Position numbers and translations under genes: made by a program. 40,126 bases of DNA from a candidate division WOR-3 bacterium (lineage in GTDB: Bacteria > SDB-A), in contig JAFGSQ010000070.1 of assembly GCA_016934535.1 (NCBI GenBank), positions 1 through 40,126 on the forward strand. Reading direction: 5' to 3'. Every line of letters begins with the position of its first letter. Position 1 is the stretch's first letter. Shown here in pieces: positions 25,788 to 35,906 of this stretch. The notes under the pieces are model-generated. The model was not told the origin of the DNA, searched no databases, and was given only the letters and a program-made list of their open reading frames with translations.

Positions 25788-26373
25788 TCTCTTCCTCTTT
25801 CAATGCCGCCGCGGCTTTTCGGGCTATTTCAAAAGAAAAACCCCTGTTTACAAGAACCGCGATAATATTCTTTTTTTTCCTTTTCTTTTCAGCCAGGTTG
25901 ACAGCGAGGGAAAGTTCATCTCTCGACGCCGCTTTATCGGAATAAAGGCGCACCAAATCTTCACGTATCCCTCTAGCGCGCATTTTCTTTTCTATGTAAA
26001 AGCTTCCCGAGGGTTTGATGTCAGAATACTTTTTCAGCATACCTTCGGCGATTGCTTCCTCATCAATAAAACCCTTTGCAGAGAGAATTCTCAGAACTCT
26101 TTTCACGACCAAACGGGAGAACGAACGCGAACTCAGTTTGTCTTCAAGCTCTTTTACTGTCAAGTCTCCGTAAGACAGTAAAACGAGGGCTTTTTCGTAA
26201 GCCTTCAGGCTTTCGTCTTTCGTCCGCAGGAAAAACAGATCTCTCCCTGAAACGCAGGTTCCTTCTTTCCATTTGGGAAACACGACGTCGGACGAATATT
26301 GCGAGCCGTCATCAAGTTTAATGCTCCAGCCTTTTTTTCCGAGTTCTACTGATAAAATTGATTTTTCGGTCAA
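25759..26373 (-). CDS. recX: Regulatory protein RecX
   Basis: A..LLS....T.KEL..KL, G.IDE and L.NRGFS; directly downstream of recA. Confidence 0.85.
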   Translation of the reverse strand: MTEKSILSVELGKKGWSIKLDDGSQYSSDVVFPKWKEGTCVSGRDLFFLRTKDESLKAYEKALVLLSYGDLTVKELEDKLSSRSFSRLVVKRVLRILSAKGFIDEEAIAEGMLKKYSDIKPSGSFYIEKKMRARGIREDLVRLYSDKAASRDELSLAVNLAEKKRKKKNIIAVLVNRGFSFEIARKAAAALKEEENGNLENPYL

Positions 26374-26379
26374 TAATGC

Positions 26380-27429
26380 TTACGCCTCCGCAACCACAGA
26401 GACCGGAAGACCGAGTGCTTTTCTAATCTCGGTTTCCAGTTTGTCGGATAACTCGGGATGTTCTTTCAGGTAAATTCTCGTGTTTTCCTTGCCTTGACCT
26501 ATATTTTCATCCTGATAAGAATACCAGGTTCCCGATCTTTTAATCAAATTAAGCTCAAGGGCTTTGTCGATGATCTCTCCGTGTTTTGATATTCCTTCGT
26601 TGAACAGAATATCGAAAGAGCCTTCCCGGAAAGGAGGCGCGACTTTATTCTTTACAACCTTCACTATAATCTCATTGCCCACGGCCTGATCACCGATTTT
26701 TAAAGTGCCTATCCTTTTTATTTCGAGCCTGCACGACGAATGGAATTTCAATGCTAGCCCTCCCGGAGTCGTCGTCGGATTGCCCATCATTATCCCGATT
26801 TTGTATCTGACCTGATTTATGAAAACAGCTGCCGTTCCGCTTCTCGAGACTCCTCCAGTGAGTTTTCTCATTGCTTTTGACATCAGTCTTGCCTGAAGTC
26901 CTATTTGAGAGTCGCCCATTTCTCCGTTCAGTTCGTCTGAAGGCACCAGAGCTGCAACGGAATCTACTACCAGGATGTCGAGTCCTCCCGATCTCACCAA
27001 AAGATCCGAAATCTCCAGCGCCTGCTCGCCGGTGTCTGGCTGGGACACTATGAGGTCTTCAATGTTGACGCCGAGTTTTGTCGCGTAAGTCGGATCCAAA
27101 GCATGTTCGGCGTCAATGTAAGCGGCTTTTCCGCCCGCTTTTTGGGCGTTAGCTACTATGTGAAGCGCAAGAGTCGTCTTTCCCGAAGCCTCCTGACCGA
27201 AAATCTCCGTTATCCTGCCCCTCGGTATTCCTCCAACTCCGAGGGCGGCGTCGAGAGTAATCGATCCGGTTGAGATTGCCGGAATATCGACTTTTGTGTC
27301 GTCTCCAAGCCTCATTATGGACCCTTTTCCGAATTGTTTTTCAATTATTTTCATAGCGCTTTCTATGGCTTTGTCTTTATCCTGATCCATGTCCCTCCCG
27401 ATCATTTCTTTACCTGTCGTTTTAGCCAT
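26380..27429 (-). CDS. recA: Recombinase A
   Basis: [40 protein letters not shown] and KNKVAPP. Confidence 0.99.
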   Translation of the reverse strand: MAKTTGKEMIGRDMDQDKDKAIESAMKIIEKQFGKGSIMRLGDDTKVDIPAISTGSITLDAALGVGGIPRGRITEIFGQEASGKTTLALHIVANAQKAGGKAAYIDAEHALDPTYATKLGVNIEDLIVSQPDTGEQALEISDLLVRSGGLDILVVDSVAALVPSDELNGEMGDSQIGLQARLMSKAMRKLTGGVSRSGTAAVFINQVRYKIGIMMGNPTTTPGGLALKFHSSCRLEIKRIGTLKIGDQAVGNEIIVKVVKNKVAPPFREGSFDILFNEGISKHGEIIDKALELNLIKRSGTWYSYQDENIGQGKENTRIYLKEHPELSDKLETEIRKALGLPVSVVAEA

Positions 27430-27958
27430 TTTTATCTCCTTTCAGGGGAAAACATTCAATTTCTGAATAAATCGCGCCTTTCGGCGTCAGTTCGCTTTTA
27501 TACAGTTTGAAAGACTCGATAAAAAAAGAGCTCGTCGAAGGAATTGATGATTCCGGCTTTACAGGTTTTCCTTTGAAGCGAACCAGTGTCACGTGTGGAT
27601 AATATCTTCTTTTCTCTTTTTCGTAGCCGATATTATCAAGCTCTTCTTCGAGTTTTTCCCAAACACGCAGGAAATAACTCTCCCCGGAAACTGCTTCGGT
27701 GCAACCGATTCTGTTTCCGATAAGCTTATAAGGACCCAGCTTTGTTTCGAAGGGAGGGGCTGAAAACGTAGCCTTTTCTGCTTTTTCACGCAGTTTCGAA
27801 AACCCGTTCTCTCTTACTTCCCCTAAAAATTTCAAAGTCACGTGAATGTTATCAGGGGCGACAATTTTCGACGACCTGTCCTGAAAATTTTCCATGGAAT
27901 ACCTCCACAGGGCCAATCTCACATCCTCCGGTACATCGAAAGCAAAAAAAAGCCTCAT
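27422..27958 (-). CDS. thpR: RNA 2',3'-cyclic phosphodiesterase
   Basis: [20 protein letters not shown] and L..S.L.P.G..Y; upstream of recA. Confidence 0.92.
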   Translation of the reverse strand: MRLFFAFDVPEDVRLALWRYSMENFQDRSSKIVAPDNIHVTLKFLGEVRENGFSKLREKAEKATFSAPPFETKLGPYKLIGNRIGCTEAVSGESYFLRVWEKLEEELDNIGYEKEKRRYYPHVTLVRFKGKPVKPESSIPSTSSFFIESFKLYKSELTPKGAIYSEIECFPLKGDKNG

Positions 27959-27980
27959 CTATCTTAAAGTCGTTTCGCAT

Positions 27981-29081
27981 TCACGCGGTGAAATCTTCCC
28001 AACCCCTGTCTGATGTGCTTTGAATGCCTCTGAGCCTGAGTTTGAATTCGTCCGGATTGCTTACATTTTCTATCGCGTCTTCGTAAGAAACTATTCCTTT
28101 TTCGTAGAAATTCATTATGGATTGATCGAAACTCTGCATCTGATACTGAGAGCCCTCGACAATAGCCTGAGGTATTTTGAGAGTTTCCAAAGGGTCAAGT
28201 ATGTATTCCCTTATCGTGGGAGTGTTTATCATTACTTCCGAAGCCGGAACCCGCCCTCTGCCGTCAGCCCTGGGTATCAGCCTGAGCGATATAACGGCTA
28301 CCAGAGTCGTCGAGAGAAGAACCCTGATGTGCTGCTGCTGATGAGGCGGATAAAAAGATATAACTCTGTTTATGGTCTCAGCGGCGTTGAGAGTGTGCAG
28401 GGTCGACATCACGAGGTGGCCTGTGTCGGCGGCTTTTAACGCCGTGTCTATCGTATCCATGTCTCTTATTTCACCGACGAGAATGGTGTCGGGATCCTGC
28501 CTCATCGCTTGTCTGAGTGCGAGTGCGAATGAATTGGTATCCGTTCCGATTTCTCTCTGGCTTATTACGCTTTTTTTGTCAGTGAACAGAAACTCGATAG
28601 GATCTTCGATAGTTATGATGTTCTTTGAGACGTGTTCGTTTATGTAATCTATCATGGCCGCGAGAGTGGTCGATTTACCGCTTCCCGTCGTTCCGGTGCA
28701 GAGTATCATTCCCCTGGGTTTCATGCACAGGTCTTTGAGCACGGCGGGCAGATTCAGTTCTTCCAGAGGCCTGACATGCATCGGTATCGTTCTCAGGGCC
28801 AGCGCTATGCTTGATCTTTGAAGGTAAGCGTTTACCCTGAACCTCGCGAGTCCCGGAACACCTACGCCGAAGTCGAGTTCCTTGTCTCTCGCGAATTTTT
28901 TCTGCTGTTCCGGAGTCATGAGCTGGACAATCACTGTTTTAAGTTCTTCCGGAGAAAGAGGCGGATGTTTCATCAGGTTGAGTTTTCCTGAAATCCTTAG
29001 GATCGGAGGGCTTCCCGCTTTCAGATGAAGGTCCGAAGCCTCTTTTTCGACCATCTGTTTCAAAACTGCCTTCAAATTCAT
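27981..29081 (-). CDS. pilT: Type IV pilus retraction ATPase, PilT/PilU family
   Basis: ASDLHL, GTTGSGKSTT, TIEDPIE, RQDPD.ILVGEIRD and TGHLV.STLHT; the AIRNLIRE motif is divergent (TIREYIL). Confidence 0.88.
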   Translation of the reverse strand: MNLKAVLKQMVEKEASDLHLKAGSPPILRISGKLNLMKHPPLSPEELKTVIVQLMTPEQQKKFARDKELDFGVGVPGLARFRVNAYLQRSSIALALRTIPMHVRPLEELNLPAVLKDLCMKPRGMILCTGTTGSGKSTTLAAMIDYINEHVSKNIITIEDPIEFLFTDKKSVISQREIGTDTNSFALALRQAMRQDPDTILVGEIRDMDTIDTALKAADTGHLVMSTLHTLNAAETINRVISFYPPHQQQHIRVLLSTTLVAVISLRLIPRADGRGRVPASEVMINTPTIREYILDPLETLKIPQAIVEGSQYQMQSFDQSIMNFYEKGIVSYEDAIENVSNPDEFKLRLRGIQSTSDRGWEDFTA

Positions 29082-29091
29082 ATAAGTCTCC

Positions 29092-29985
29092 TCACTTGAA
29101 AACTTCGGGATCCAATATCACTGTCAACAACACGAACGCGCTGTACATCACCAAATTTATAAGAAAAGGCCTGTCCGAATAAATAACTTTCTCCGGCATT
29201 TCACCTTCCTTTTGAAGATGCACCACGAACAGATATCTTAATATACCATATATCACAAAAATAGTGGAATAGGGCAATAAAATCGCTCCTTTTTTTTCAG
29301 CGGTGTAAATTGCGTAAGTGACTATAGTGGATGACGCCACTACTATTATCATCTGATCGAGAAGGTCTTTGGTGTAATGCTTCAAAACCTCTCTGTGGGA
29401 TTCGTTCCTTTCCATGAAAACTTCCTGCCTTCTCTTTACGAGAGCGAGAAAAAGAGAGAGAAGAAGCACCGTTATCAAAAACCAGGAAGATATGGGAACG
29501 TCTATTGCGAGTGCTCCTCCGACCGCCCGCAGGACAAAACCGAGAGCTATTATCATGACGTCGATAATCACCACTTTTTTCAGCCAAAAAGAATATGAAA
29601 GGTTCATCAGAAGATATACGAGAACGACTAAGGGAAACTTCCATATCCCTGAAATGGAATCTTTTGCAAGCAGGAACCAGGGTATTTGTGTCAGTACAAG
29701 AAACACAAAAGCAAAGACGAGCGCTGACGGCGCTTTAATCTTTCCCGAAGCCAGAGGTCTTTTTGATTTTTCGGGATGAAGTCTGTCTTTCCTGAGATCA
29801 ACTATGTCATTTATAACGTAAACGAAGCTTGATGCGCCGACAAAACTCAGGAACGCAAAAACCGAAAGCAAGGCCGGCTGAGCCAAAGTGAATTTCCTCG
29901 CAAAAACGACGGCGGCAAAAACAAAAACGTTTTTGATCCATTGTTTGGGTCTCACTTCTTCAATTATTGCCGAAACCGTGTTCAT
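29092..29985 (-). CDS. UbiA-family prenyltransferase, decaprenyl-phosphate phosphoribosyltransferase-like
   Basis: RPKQWIKN.FVF, Y.IND..D...DR.HP.K..RPLASG, GFVLR and KRRQE; start moved to ATG 29985. Confidence 0.88.
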   Translation of the reverse strand: MNTVSAIIEEVRPKQWIKNVFVFAAVVFARKFTLAQPALLSVFAFLSFVGASSFVYVINDIVDLRKDRLHPEKSKRPLASGKIKAPSALVFAFVFLVLTQIPWFLLAKDSISGIWKFPLVVLVYLLMNLSYSFWLKKVVIIDVMIIALGFVLRAVGGALAIDVPISSWFLITVLLLSLFLALVKRRQEVFMERNESHREVLKHYTKDLLDQMIIVVASSTIVTYAIYTAEKKGAILLPYSTIFVIYGILRYLFVVHLQKEGEMPEKVIYSDRPFLINLVMYSAFVLLTVILDPEVFK

Positions 29986-30508
29986 AAATGTCTTTTCTTT
30001 GTTTTGTCCAAGTCGGTTCTTTTCCTCCGAGATCTTCAATCTTTACAATGCTCCAAACTCCGGAAAAGTCCGCTGTCAGGAAAAATAAAACAAGTCCTTC
30101 CGCTTGAGAATCGCCGAAAAATTCGTAATTGTAATAGAATATGGCGGATGAGTCCGTCGAATCCCTTTGTACCGGAGAAAGCACGATGAACGGTGACTGT
30201 ACTCTCGAAAAAAGAATCCCCGCATATTCGCTTTCTTTCTGTTTTCCCCAGTCTTCAAACAAACCGCCGCTTCCGAAAGTGTCAGGAAAATAAGGTGTGT
30301 AAACGAAACCTTCATCCAGACTCCTCGCGTAATTTGCCGCGCTTTTGTTTTCGACACTATTTACGAAGTTCATGACCGAAACTCCGGGAGAAAACGGTTC
30401 CACCCAAAAATCCGAGCCCGCCGGCGGTTCTGCTTCTCTTGGGGAGAATAGAGTGCACGAACATACAGAGATCAGAACAAGAACAGAAGATAGAAATTTG
30501 CTTCCCAC
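29960..30508 (-). CDS. Hypothetical lipoprotein (NTF2-like fold suspected)
   Basis: Signal peptide ending VCSC, followed by LFSPREAEPP. Confidence 0.7.
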   Translation of the reverse strand: MGSKFLSSVLVLISVCSCTLFSPREAEPPAGSDFWVEPFSPGVSVMNFVNSVENKSAANYARSLDEGFVYTPYFPDTFGSGGLFEDWGKQKESEYAGILFSRVQSPFIVLSPVQRDSTDSSAIFYYNYEFFGDSQAEGLVLFFLTADFSGVWSIVKIEDLGGKEPTWTKQRKDIYEHGFGNN

Positions 30509-32136
30509 TGATCTTCTCCTTTATCGTCAATTATACCGCGCAAGTCGAAAACCGCCTGTCCTTTTGAAACCGAAAACTCCAAACCCAAACCCGCGTAGCT
30601 TTTCAAAGAATATGATTCCATGTTTCCAAGTTCGTTTCCCTCGGCCATGAAAACGGCTTTTTCCTCAATACCGCCGTACGGTTTGGAAAATCCCCAGGGC
30701 GTCGCGAGCTTTACACCGGTCAATACGTCAAACGATCTCACGTGCCTGTTTCTCAAAAAATACCATTTCCCGCCGGTAATTTCATCAATTTTTTTGTATC
30801 CGCCCCTGTCCTGAATGGAAAAAGAACCGTTAACAAACATTTGTATTTTTGGAAATACATCTGTATTGATCTCGAGTTTATTCTCGTATTTTCTGAAAAG
30901 GACGTTTCTGTCGCTGGAATATATGAAAAAAGTATAGTCTGTTTTGATCGATGAATTCTGTCTTATTGACAGCCAGTCAAAAGGCTTGAGAAATGCTCCG
31001 GCGGAAAAACTGTAAGTCCTGTGCCAGGTGTTGCTTTCCGAATAATTTTCAGAGAGGTAAACGGTTCTATTTTCCCTGTAAAAAAAAGAAACATCGGCGT
31101 TGATTCTGTCGGTCAAAATAGCCGCCAAATTCAACCCTGCGCCTCTGTCGGACACGTCGTAATCGCCGTAGGAGGCTGTTCTGTCCTGGAAAAAACGGTA
31201 TATTGACATGTACGCGTCCGCTCTTGCAGAAAATTTTGTGTTTGCATACGACGCGTCGCACAGCAACCTAGAAGTCATTATGTCTTCGTCTCCAACTGCC
31301 TGTCTGGAATGAAAACCGAAGCCCTGAGAGTAGTCAATCTTGAAAGCAGAACCATACAAATAAAGATCGACAAAGCATCCCGCTTCGGCAAAAAAATCCT
31401 CGTTTGAAAAATAATCGCTCTCCGGATACCGTTTTGACAGATATTTAGTGTTCCAATATGTCTCGGCGAAAATTTTTCCCGCTCCAAAAAAATTCCATTT
31501 TCCGTTCATCAGTATTTCGTATCTGTTGAATTTCGTCCTGTCTCCCGTCATCGGATAAGTTTCCGCGTCAATCCTGCCTGAAATCCGGTTCTGTAACGTA
31601 CGAAGCGAAAGGGAGACTTCTCCCTTTCCCGTGTATTTTTTCGTCAGTTTCTTTATTTCAGCTGCAACGCCGGCTGTGATGTCTGCGAAAGACAAATACC
31701 TCCCGGCGTCAAGCTCGAAAGTCAATCCCGGATTTACGGCTTCGATCTGAGTGTCCGTTCTGCTGGAGTACACTTCCAGTGACGGTGAAATGGATGTACG
31801 GAATAAATAATCTCCGATGCTGGTTTCTCTTCCTGCGGTCAGTTTTAGAGTCTGCGTTTTAGTCGTGATCGAAAAATTCTCCACTTTTGAAAAATCCGCC
31901 GACAATCTTAAGTCGTTTTTTCCAAATCTCGAAAGAATGCCGAAATTGTATTTCTCGTCCAAAGACCCGGAAATCAGGTTTTTTTTGCCGCTCCATCCCG
32001 CTTCCTGGTACAAATTAAAACGTCCGTAACTGAAAAAATTCCTCGCGTAAAGGCTTGACGACAAAATGCTGTTCCTGTAAACAGTGGAACTTTCGACGTT
32101 GAACGAAAATGCCGTGATCATAAAAAACAGCGTCAT
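30472..32136 (-). CDS. Hypothetical outer-membrane beta-barrel-like protein
   Basis: 554 aa, aromatic-rich alternating beta-strand pattern, terminal Phe. Confidence 0.65.
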   Translation of the reverse strand: MTLFFMITAFSFNVESSTVYRNSILSSSLYARNFFSYGRFNLYQEAGWSGKKNLISGSLDEKYNFGILSRFGKNDLRLSADFSKVENFSITTKTQTLKLTAGRETSIGDYLFRTSISPSLEVYSSRTDTQIEAVNPGLTFELDAGRYLSFADITAGVAAEIKKLTKKYTGKGEVSLSLRTLQNRISGRIDAETYPMTGDRTKFNRYEILMNGKWNFFGAGKIFAETYWNTKYLSKRYPESDYFSNEDFFAEAGCFVDLYLYGSAFKIDYSQGFGFHSRQAVGDEDIMTSRLLCDASYANTKFSARADAYMSIYRFFQDRTASYGDYDVSDRGAGLNLAAILTDRINADVSFFYRENRTVYLSENYSESNTWHRTYSFSAGAFLKPFDWLSIRQNSSIKTDYTFFIYSSDRNVLFRKYENKLEINTDVFPKIQMFVNGSFSIQDRGGYKKIDEITGGKWYFLRNRHVRSFDVLTGVKLATPWGFSKPYGGIEEKAVFMAEGNELGNMESYSLKSYAGLGLEFSVSKGQAVFDLRGIIDDKGEDQWEANFYLLFLF

Positions 32137-32963
32137 TTTTCCATGATCCTTGACATCATCTCGGCGAAATCTGCAGGACTTAGTTCCTGCGGTCTTTTGC
32201 GGCAGAACTCTCTTATTTTTTCAATGTCTTCCCGGCGGTATACACCCCTGAGATTGTTCAGGAGAACTTTTCGCCTCTGTCTGAACGAATTTCTTACAAG
32301 TTTTTCGAAATCATCGTCGGAAAACTCCGCTTCCGTCTGATTTTCGTTGAAAAGTATGCTGACTGAAGCAGAATAAACTTCCGGTTTCGGGAAAAAGCAC
32401 TCCGGACTTATTTTCGCGACAATTTTTGTTTTTGAGCAGAACCCGAAAAGAACGGACAAAATACCGTAATTCGGATATGAAGGGAGGGCGGTGAGTTTTT
32501 CGGCCACCTCTTTTTGAAAAGTGAAAACACAACCCGTCAGGCGGCTTCTTATACTAAAAGTCTTTCTTAGTATCCTTTTACTTATGTTGTACGGAAGGTT
32601 TCCTACAAGAAAATTACCGCCGGTTTTAGCACAGGCTTTACCGCGGTTTTCGCTTTTTAGAAATAAATCCGGATCGAGCTTCAAAAAATCATCCGCGATG
32701 ACGGAGGCTTTGTCTTTGAAATGTTTTTTCAGATACGATGCCAGCGCGGCGTCTTTTTCAACGAGAATCAGATCGTCCGTCTTTTCGGCAAGAATTTCAG
32801 TCAAAACTCCCGTCCCGGGACCTATCTCCACAATACGGAGATCTTCTCCGCCGGGTACCGCGTCGCATATTTTCCGTGCGATATTTTTGTCCATGAGAAA
32901 ATTCTGACCGAGGGATTTTTTCGGTCTCGCGCCGATTGCTTCGAGAATTTCTGTGATTTCCAT
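32133..32963 (-). CDS. rsmA: 16S rRNA m6,2A1518/1519 dimethyltransferase
   Basis: PKKSLGQNFL, EIGPG.G.LT, GNLPYNIS, Q.EVA and F.QRRK; start moved to ATG 32963. Confidence 0.96.
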   Translation of the reverse strand: MEITEILEAIGARPKKSLGQNFLMDKNIARKICDAVPGGEDLRIVEIGPGTGVLTEILAEKTDDLILVEKDAALASYLKKHFKDKASVIADDFLKLDPDLFLKSENRGKACAKTGGNFLVGNLPYNISKRILRKTFSIRSRLTGCVFTFQKEVAEKLTALPSYPNYGILSVLFGFCSKTKIVAKISPECFFPKPEVYSASVSILFNENQTEAEFSDDDFEKLVRNSFRQRRKVLLNNLRGVYRREDIEKIREFCRKRPQELSPADFAEMMSRIMEK

Positions 32964-32967
32964 GCGC

Positions 32968-33741
32968 TCACCCGAATGAAAACAGGCGGGAAACGTTTTT
33001 TTCAATTATTTGAGACGCTTTTTCCCGGTCTGTTCCGAGATACTCCGCTACGAAATCAAGTATTTTTATCAGATGGCAAGGTTCATTCACTTTGCCTCGG
33101 TAAGGAACAGGGGCCAGGTAAGGACAATCAGTTTCGAGAACAACATTTTCGAATCCGACGCATTTCAGGATGTCAGCCCTGTCTGAATTTTTAAAAGTCA
33201 GAATTCCGTTGAATGAAAGGAAATAATCCATGTCCAGACATTTCTTCGCTTGTTCGCAGGTTCCCTCGAAAGAATGGAGCACGGTTTTCAAACCCGAAAA
33301 ACCTTTCAGCACTTCCATCGTTTTTTCCATAGCATTCCTTGAATGAACCACAACCGGCAGGCAGTTTGACACGGCAAAAGAGAGTTGTTCTTCGAACACT
33401 TTTATCTGGTCGCCGATATCTGAAAATCCGTAATGCATGTCTATTCCCGTTTCTCCGATTGCGACAAGTTTTTCCTTTCCGAATCTGTTTATAATTCTGT
33501 GTTCTATCCAGTCTGCCGTCTTGTCTTTGTGGGTTCCCGCGTAATGAGGATGACAACCTGCGGTGAAATAAAGGTTTTCTTTTCCGAGGGCAATTCCGGC
33601 AGCTGTTTCACTGGATTGTTCGTCGTACGAGACGACAACAATTTTTTCAACAAAGGATGACGCCGCTCTTTCCAGAACACCGCCGATGTCTTTTATAAGT
33701 CTCGGGTCTTGCAGGTGAGCATGCGTGTCGGTTAAAGTCAT
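32968..33741 (-). CDS. tatD: TatD family deoxyribonuclease
   Basis: DTHAH, G.HPH, AIGETG.D, VHSR, LH.F and ETDCPYLAP. Confidence 0.93.
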   Translation of the reverse strand: MTLTDTHAHLQDPRLIKDIGGVLERAASSFVEKIVVVSYDEQSSETAAGIALGKENLYFTAGCHPHYAGTHKDKTADWIEHRIINRFGKEKLVAIGETGIDMHYGFSDIGDQIKVFEEQLSFAVSNCLPVVVHSRNAMEKTMEVLKGFSGLKTVLHSFEGTCEQAKKCLDMDYFLSFNGILTFKNSDRADILKCVGFENVVLETDCPYLAPVPYRGKVNEPCHLIKILDFVAEYLGTDREKASQIIEKNVSRLFSFG

Positions 33742-34589
33742 TGCAGTCGTATCCTTCTTATGTGAATTTCAGTAAGGCTTTCGGGCTTGCTTAGAAATAT
33801 CGACACACCCTTAACTTTATACGAACTCTCAAAAACCGTCTCGCCGTTTTTAAATTCGAAAAATTGTATGCCGTGCTCTTCATAAAAAGTATCGGGCCAG
33901 AACTCGCCGTAATAATTCCCTTTGTCGGTTCTCACCTGTATCCCGCATTTGACTCGTCTGAAAGATCTCGCTTCTATAGAAAATACTTCGTGCCCGCGCC
34001 AGTCTTCCGGTAAAATGTTCGATTCTATGTTCGACCATTTTTGGTTTGGAAAAGAGGTGAATACAATTTCGTCTTCCGCTCGCTGAAGGGCGGCGTTTAT
34101 TCTCGGTTTCCAGGCTTTGGTGTAAAAAGGCGCGCCTACATCGTCAAGAACAGGGAATCTGGCTTCCATTACGCCCTGCCTTATAATCAGGCTGGTTACG
34201 TCGTAAGAAACGGCGTAGACGAACAAAATTGAGAACACGGAACCCAAAACGAAACTTCTTCTGCCCTTTAATAAAATTACGGCGCAAACGCTTCCGAGAA
34301 AACTTCTGACGACATCGTCTATTCCGGAGTTTCTGTCCGGATAAGCCAGTTGTATCAATTCCACAAGGATCGCGGCCATTACGGGGACGGCTAATGAAAA
34401 AATCGTTTTTCTGGAACCTGGATTTCTGCCTGCAATCAACAACGTGACGGCTCCGGCCAGGAAAAAGTGAGCCGAATTGAAAACGGCTCCGAGATATATA
34501 TTCCTGCCCTGACCTGACGGCAGAAGAGGAAGCAGCAGCAGGACAGGCACAAGCGCCCATCGCGATCTGTACAAAAATCGTTTCGTCAA
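33738..34589 (-). CDS. VanZ-like membrane protein with a C-terminal soluble beta-sandwich domain
   Basis: AH..., ELIQ....R....DD VanZ pattern within 4-5 TM helices; C-terminal 'DW.G...F..I.IRRIRL'. Confidence 0.6.
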   Translation of the reverse strand: MTKRFLYRSRWALVPVLLLLPLLPSGQGRNIYLGAVFNSAHFFLAGAVTLLIAGRNPGSRKTIFSLAVPVMAAILVELIQLAYPDRNSGIDDVVRSFLGSVCAVILLKGRRSFVLGSVFSILFVYAVSYDVTSLIIRQGVMEARFPVLDDVGAPFYTKAWKPRINAALQRAEDEIVFTSFPNQKWSNIESNILPEDWRGHEVFSIEARSFRRVKCGIQVRTDKGNYYGEFWPDTFYEEHGIQFFEFKNGETVFESSYKVKGVSIFLSKPESLTEIHIRRIRLQ

Positions 34590-35224
34590 ACCCCCCTCAT
34601 CCCACTTTTCCAGATTATCTTGTGCAGCTGGATATGAAACCTGGCGTCCAAACGCGAAGACATGAGCCAGTCTGCAAGTTCGGCAAGTTTTACCTTTCCG
34701 AAAACCGGAGAAAAAAGAAGATTGGCTTTCCCCTCCAGACCCTGCTCTTTCGTAATCTTTAGTGCGTACTCAAAATCTGATCTTCCGGCGACGACAAACT
34801 TAATATCGTCGGTTTTTTTTATTTTCTCGAAATTTGAAATCAGCATGCGGTCGTGCATTCCCGAAAGCGGTAATTTAAAATCCATGACGACATGAATTTC
34901 TTCTCGCAGCCTTCCAATGTCTAGGCTTCCGTTAGTTTCAACAGCGACAAAATACCCTCTTTCGACAAGCTCTTTTGAAAAGCCGAAAGTCTCTTCCTGC
35001 AAGAGAGGTTCGCCTCCGGTCAAAAGCATTCTTTTAATCCCGAAGGTCTCGATTTTCGATATTATTTCATGCGTGCGCATTTCTGAACCCTCTGAAAAAG
35101 CGTATCTGGTGTCACACCAGGAACACTCGAGATTGCATCCGGAAATCCTCACTACGACGAATGGATAGCCTGCCATTGATGACTCTCCGAGAATGGACGC
35201 ATATATCTCACAAATTTTAAGCAT
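34586..35224 (-). CDS. queE: 7-carboxy-7-deazaguanine synthase (radical SAM)
   Basis: EIY.SI.GE, GCNL.C.WCDT, TGGEPL, ETNG and QLHK; adjacent to queC; start moved to ATG 35224. Confidence 0.93.
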   Translation of the reverse strand: MLKICEIYASILGESSMAGYPFVVVRISGCNLECSWCDTRYAFSEGSEMRTHEIISKIETFGIKRMLLTGGEPLLQEETFGFSKELVERGYFVAVETNGSLDIGRLREEIHVVMDFKLPLSGMHDRMLISNFEKIKKTDDIKFVVAGRSDFEYALKITKEQGLEGKANLLFSPVFGKVKLAELADWLMSSRLDARFHIQLHKIIWKSGMRGV

Positions 35225-35906
35225 AACGCGTCGGATCTTTGACCCGAGCCTCAATAAAGGCTTTTTTTCTTATTTTACAGCTGTCACATTTTCCGCAGGC
35301 CGTGCCGTTTTCAGAAGGATCGTAACAGGAGTGAGTCAGAGAGAAATCAACTTGAAGTTCTTTCCCCAAAAGGATTATCTCGTGTTTTCTCATTTCTGAA
35401 AAAGGAGCTCTGATTTTCAGTTTGTTTTCCTTAAAATAATATCCTGTCCCGAGGTTGGCGGTTTTTTCAAAAGATGTCGTAAATTCTGGCCTGCAGTCCG
35501 GATAACCCGAATAATCTATAGCGTTCGCTCCGTAAAAAACCGATTCGGCTCCCGACACCTCTGCCCACGCAGTGGAAATCGAAAGAAAAATGAGATTTCT
35601 CGCTGGCACGTAAGTGATGGGCAGAATTTTTCCTATATCGTCCCCGTCGTTCTCCGGCACATCAATGGAAAGATCGGTCAAGCTGGAGCCTTTTATAGAA
35701 GCAAGGTCTATTCGAAAAAGATTTAATTTTTCACATCCGAGTGAAAAGGCCACTTTTTTTGCCGATTCGATCTCGACCGAGTGTCTCTGACCGTAGTCAA
35801 AGACTATGGGAAGGGGCGCCAATTTTTTCTTTTTTATGACATAGGCGAGAAGCACGGAAGAATCAATTCCTCCGGAAAGAAGAACGACGGCTTTGTTTTC
35901 AGTCAA
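35217..35906 (-). CDS. queC: 7-cyano-7-deazaguanine synthase
   Basis: LLSGGIDS, YGQRH..E, TYVPARN, YSGYPDCR and SCY....CGKCDSC; TTG 35906 is the likely start. Confidence 0.96.
   Translation of the reverse strand: MTENKAVVLLSGGIDSSVLLAYVIKKKKLAPLPIVFDYGQRHSVEIESAKKVAFSLGCEKLNLFRIDLASIKGSSLTDLSIDVPENDGDDIGKILPITYVPARNLIFLSISTAWAEVSGAESVFYGANAIDYSGYPDCRPEFTTSFEKTANLGTGYYFKENKLKIRAPFSEMRKHEIILLGKELQVDFSLTHSCYDPSENGTACGKCDSCKIRKKAFIEARVKDPTRYA

Noticed and set aside
26380-27980. LexA/SOS box upstream of recA or uvrB
   Set aside because: Both genes are internal to packed operons, and no recognisable box of known LexA types was seen.
29092-29985. Calling the UbiA protein DGGGP synthase to complete an archaeal lipid pathway
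   Set aside because: The motifs fit the DPPR-synthase subfamily better; a phylogeny is needed.
34586-35906. queC/queE as a 7-deazaguanine DNA-modification (dpd) or QatABCD defence system together with TatD
   Set aside because: Both proteins look canonical and sit among housekeeping genes, TatD is in its usual rsmA context, and no dpdA or qatA-type ATPase is present.
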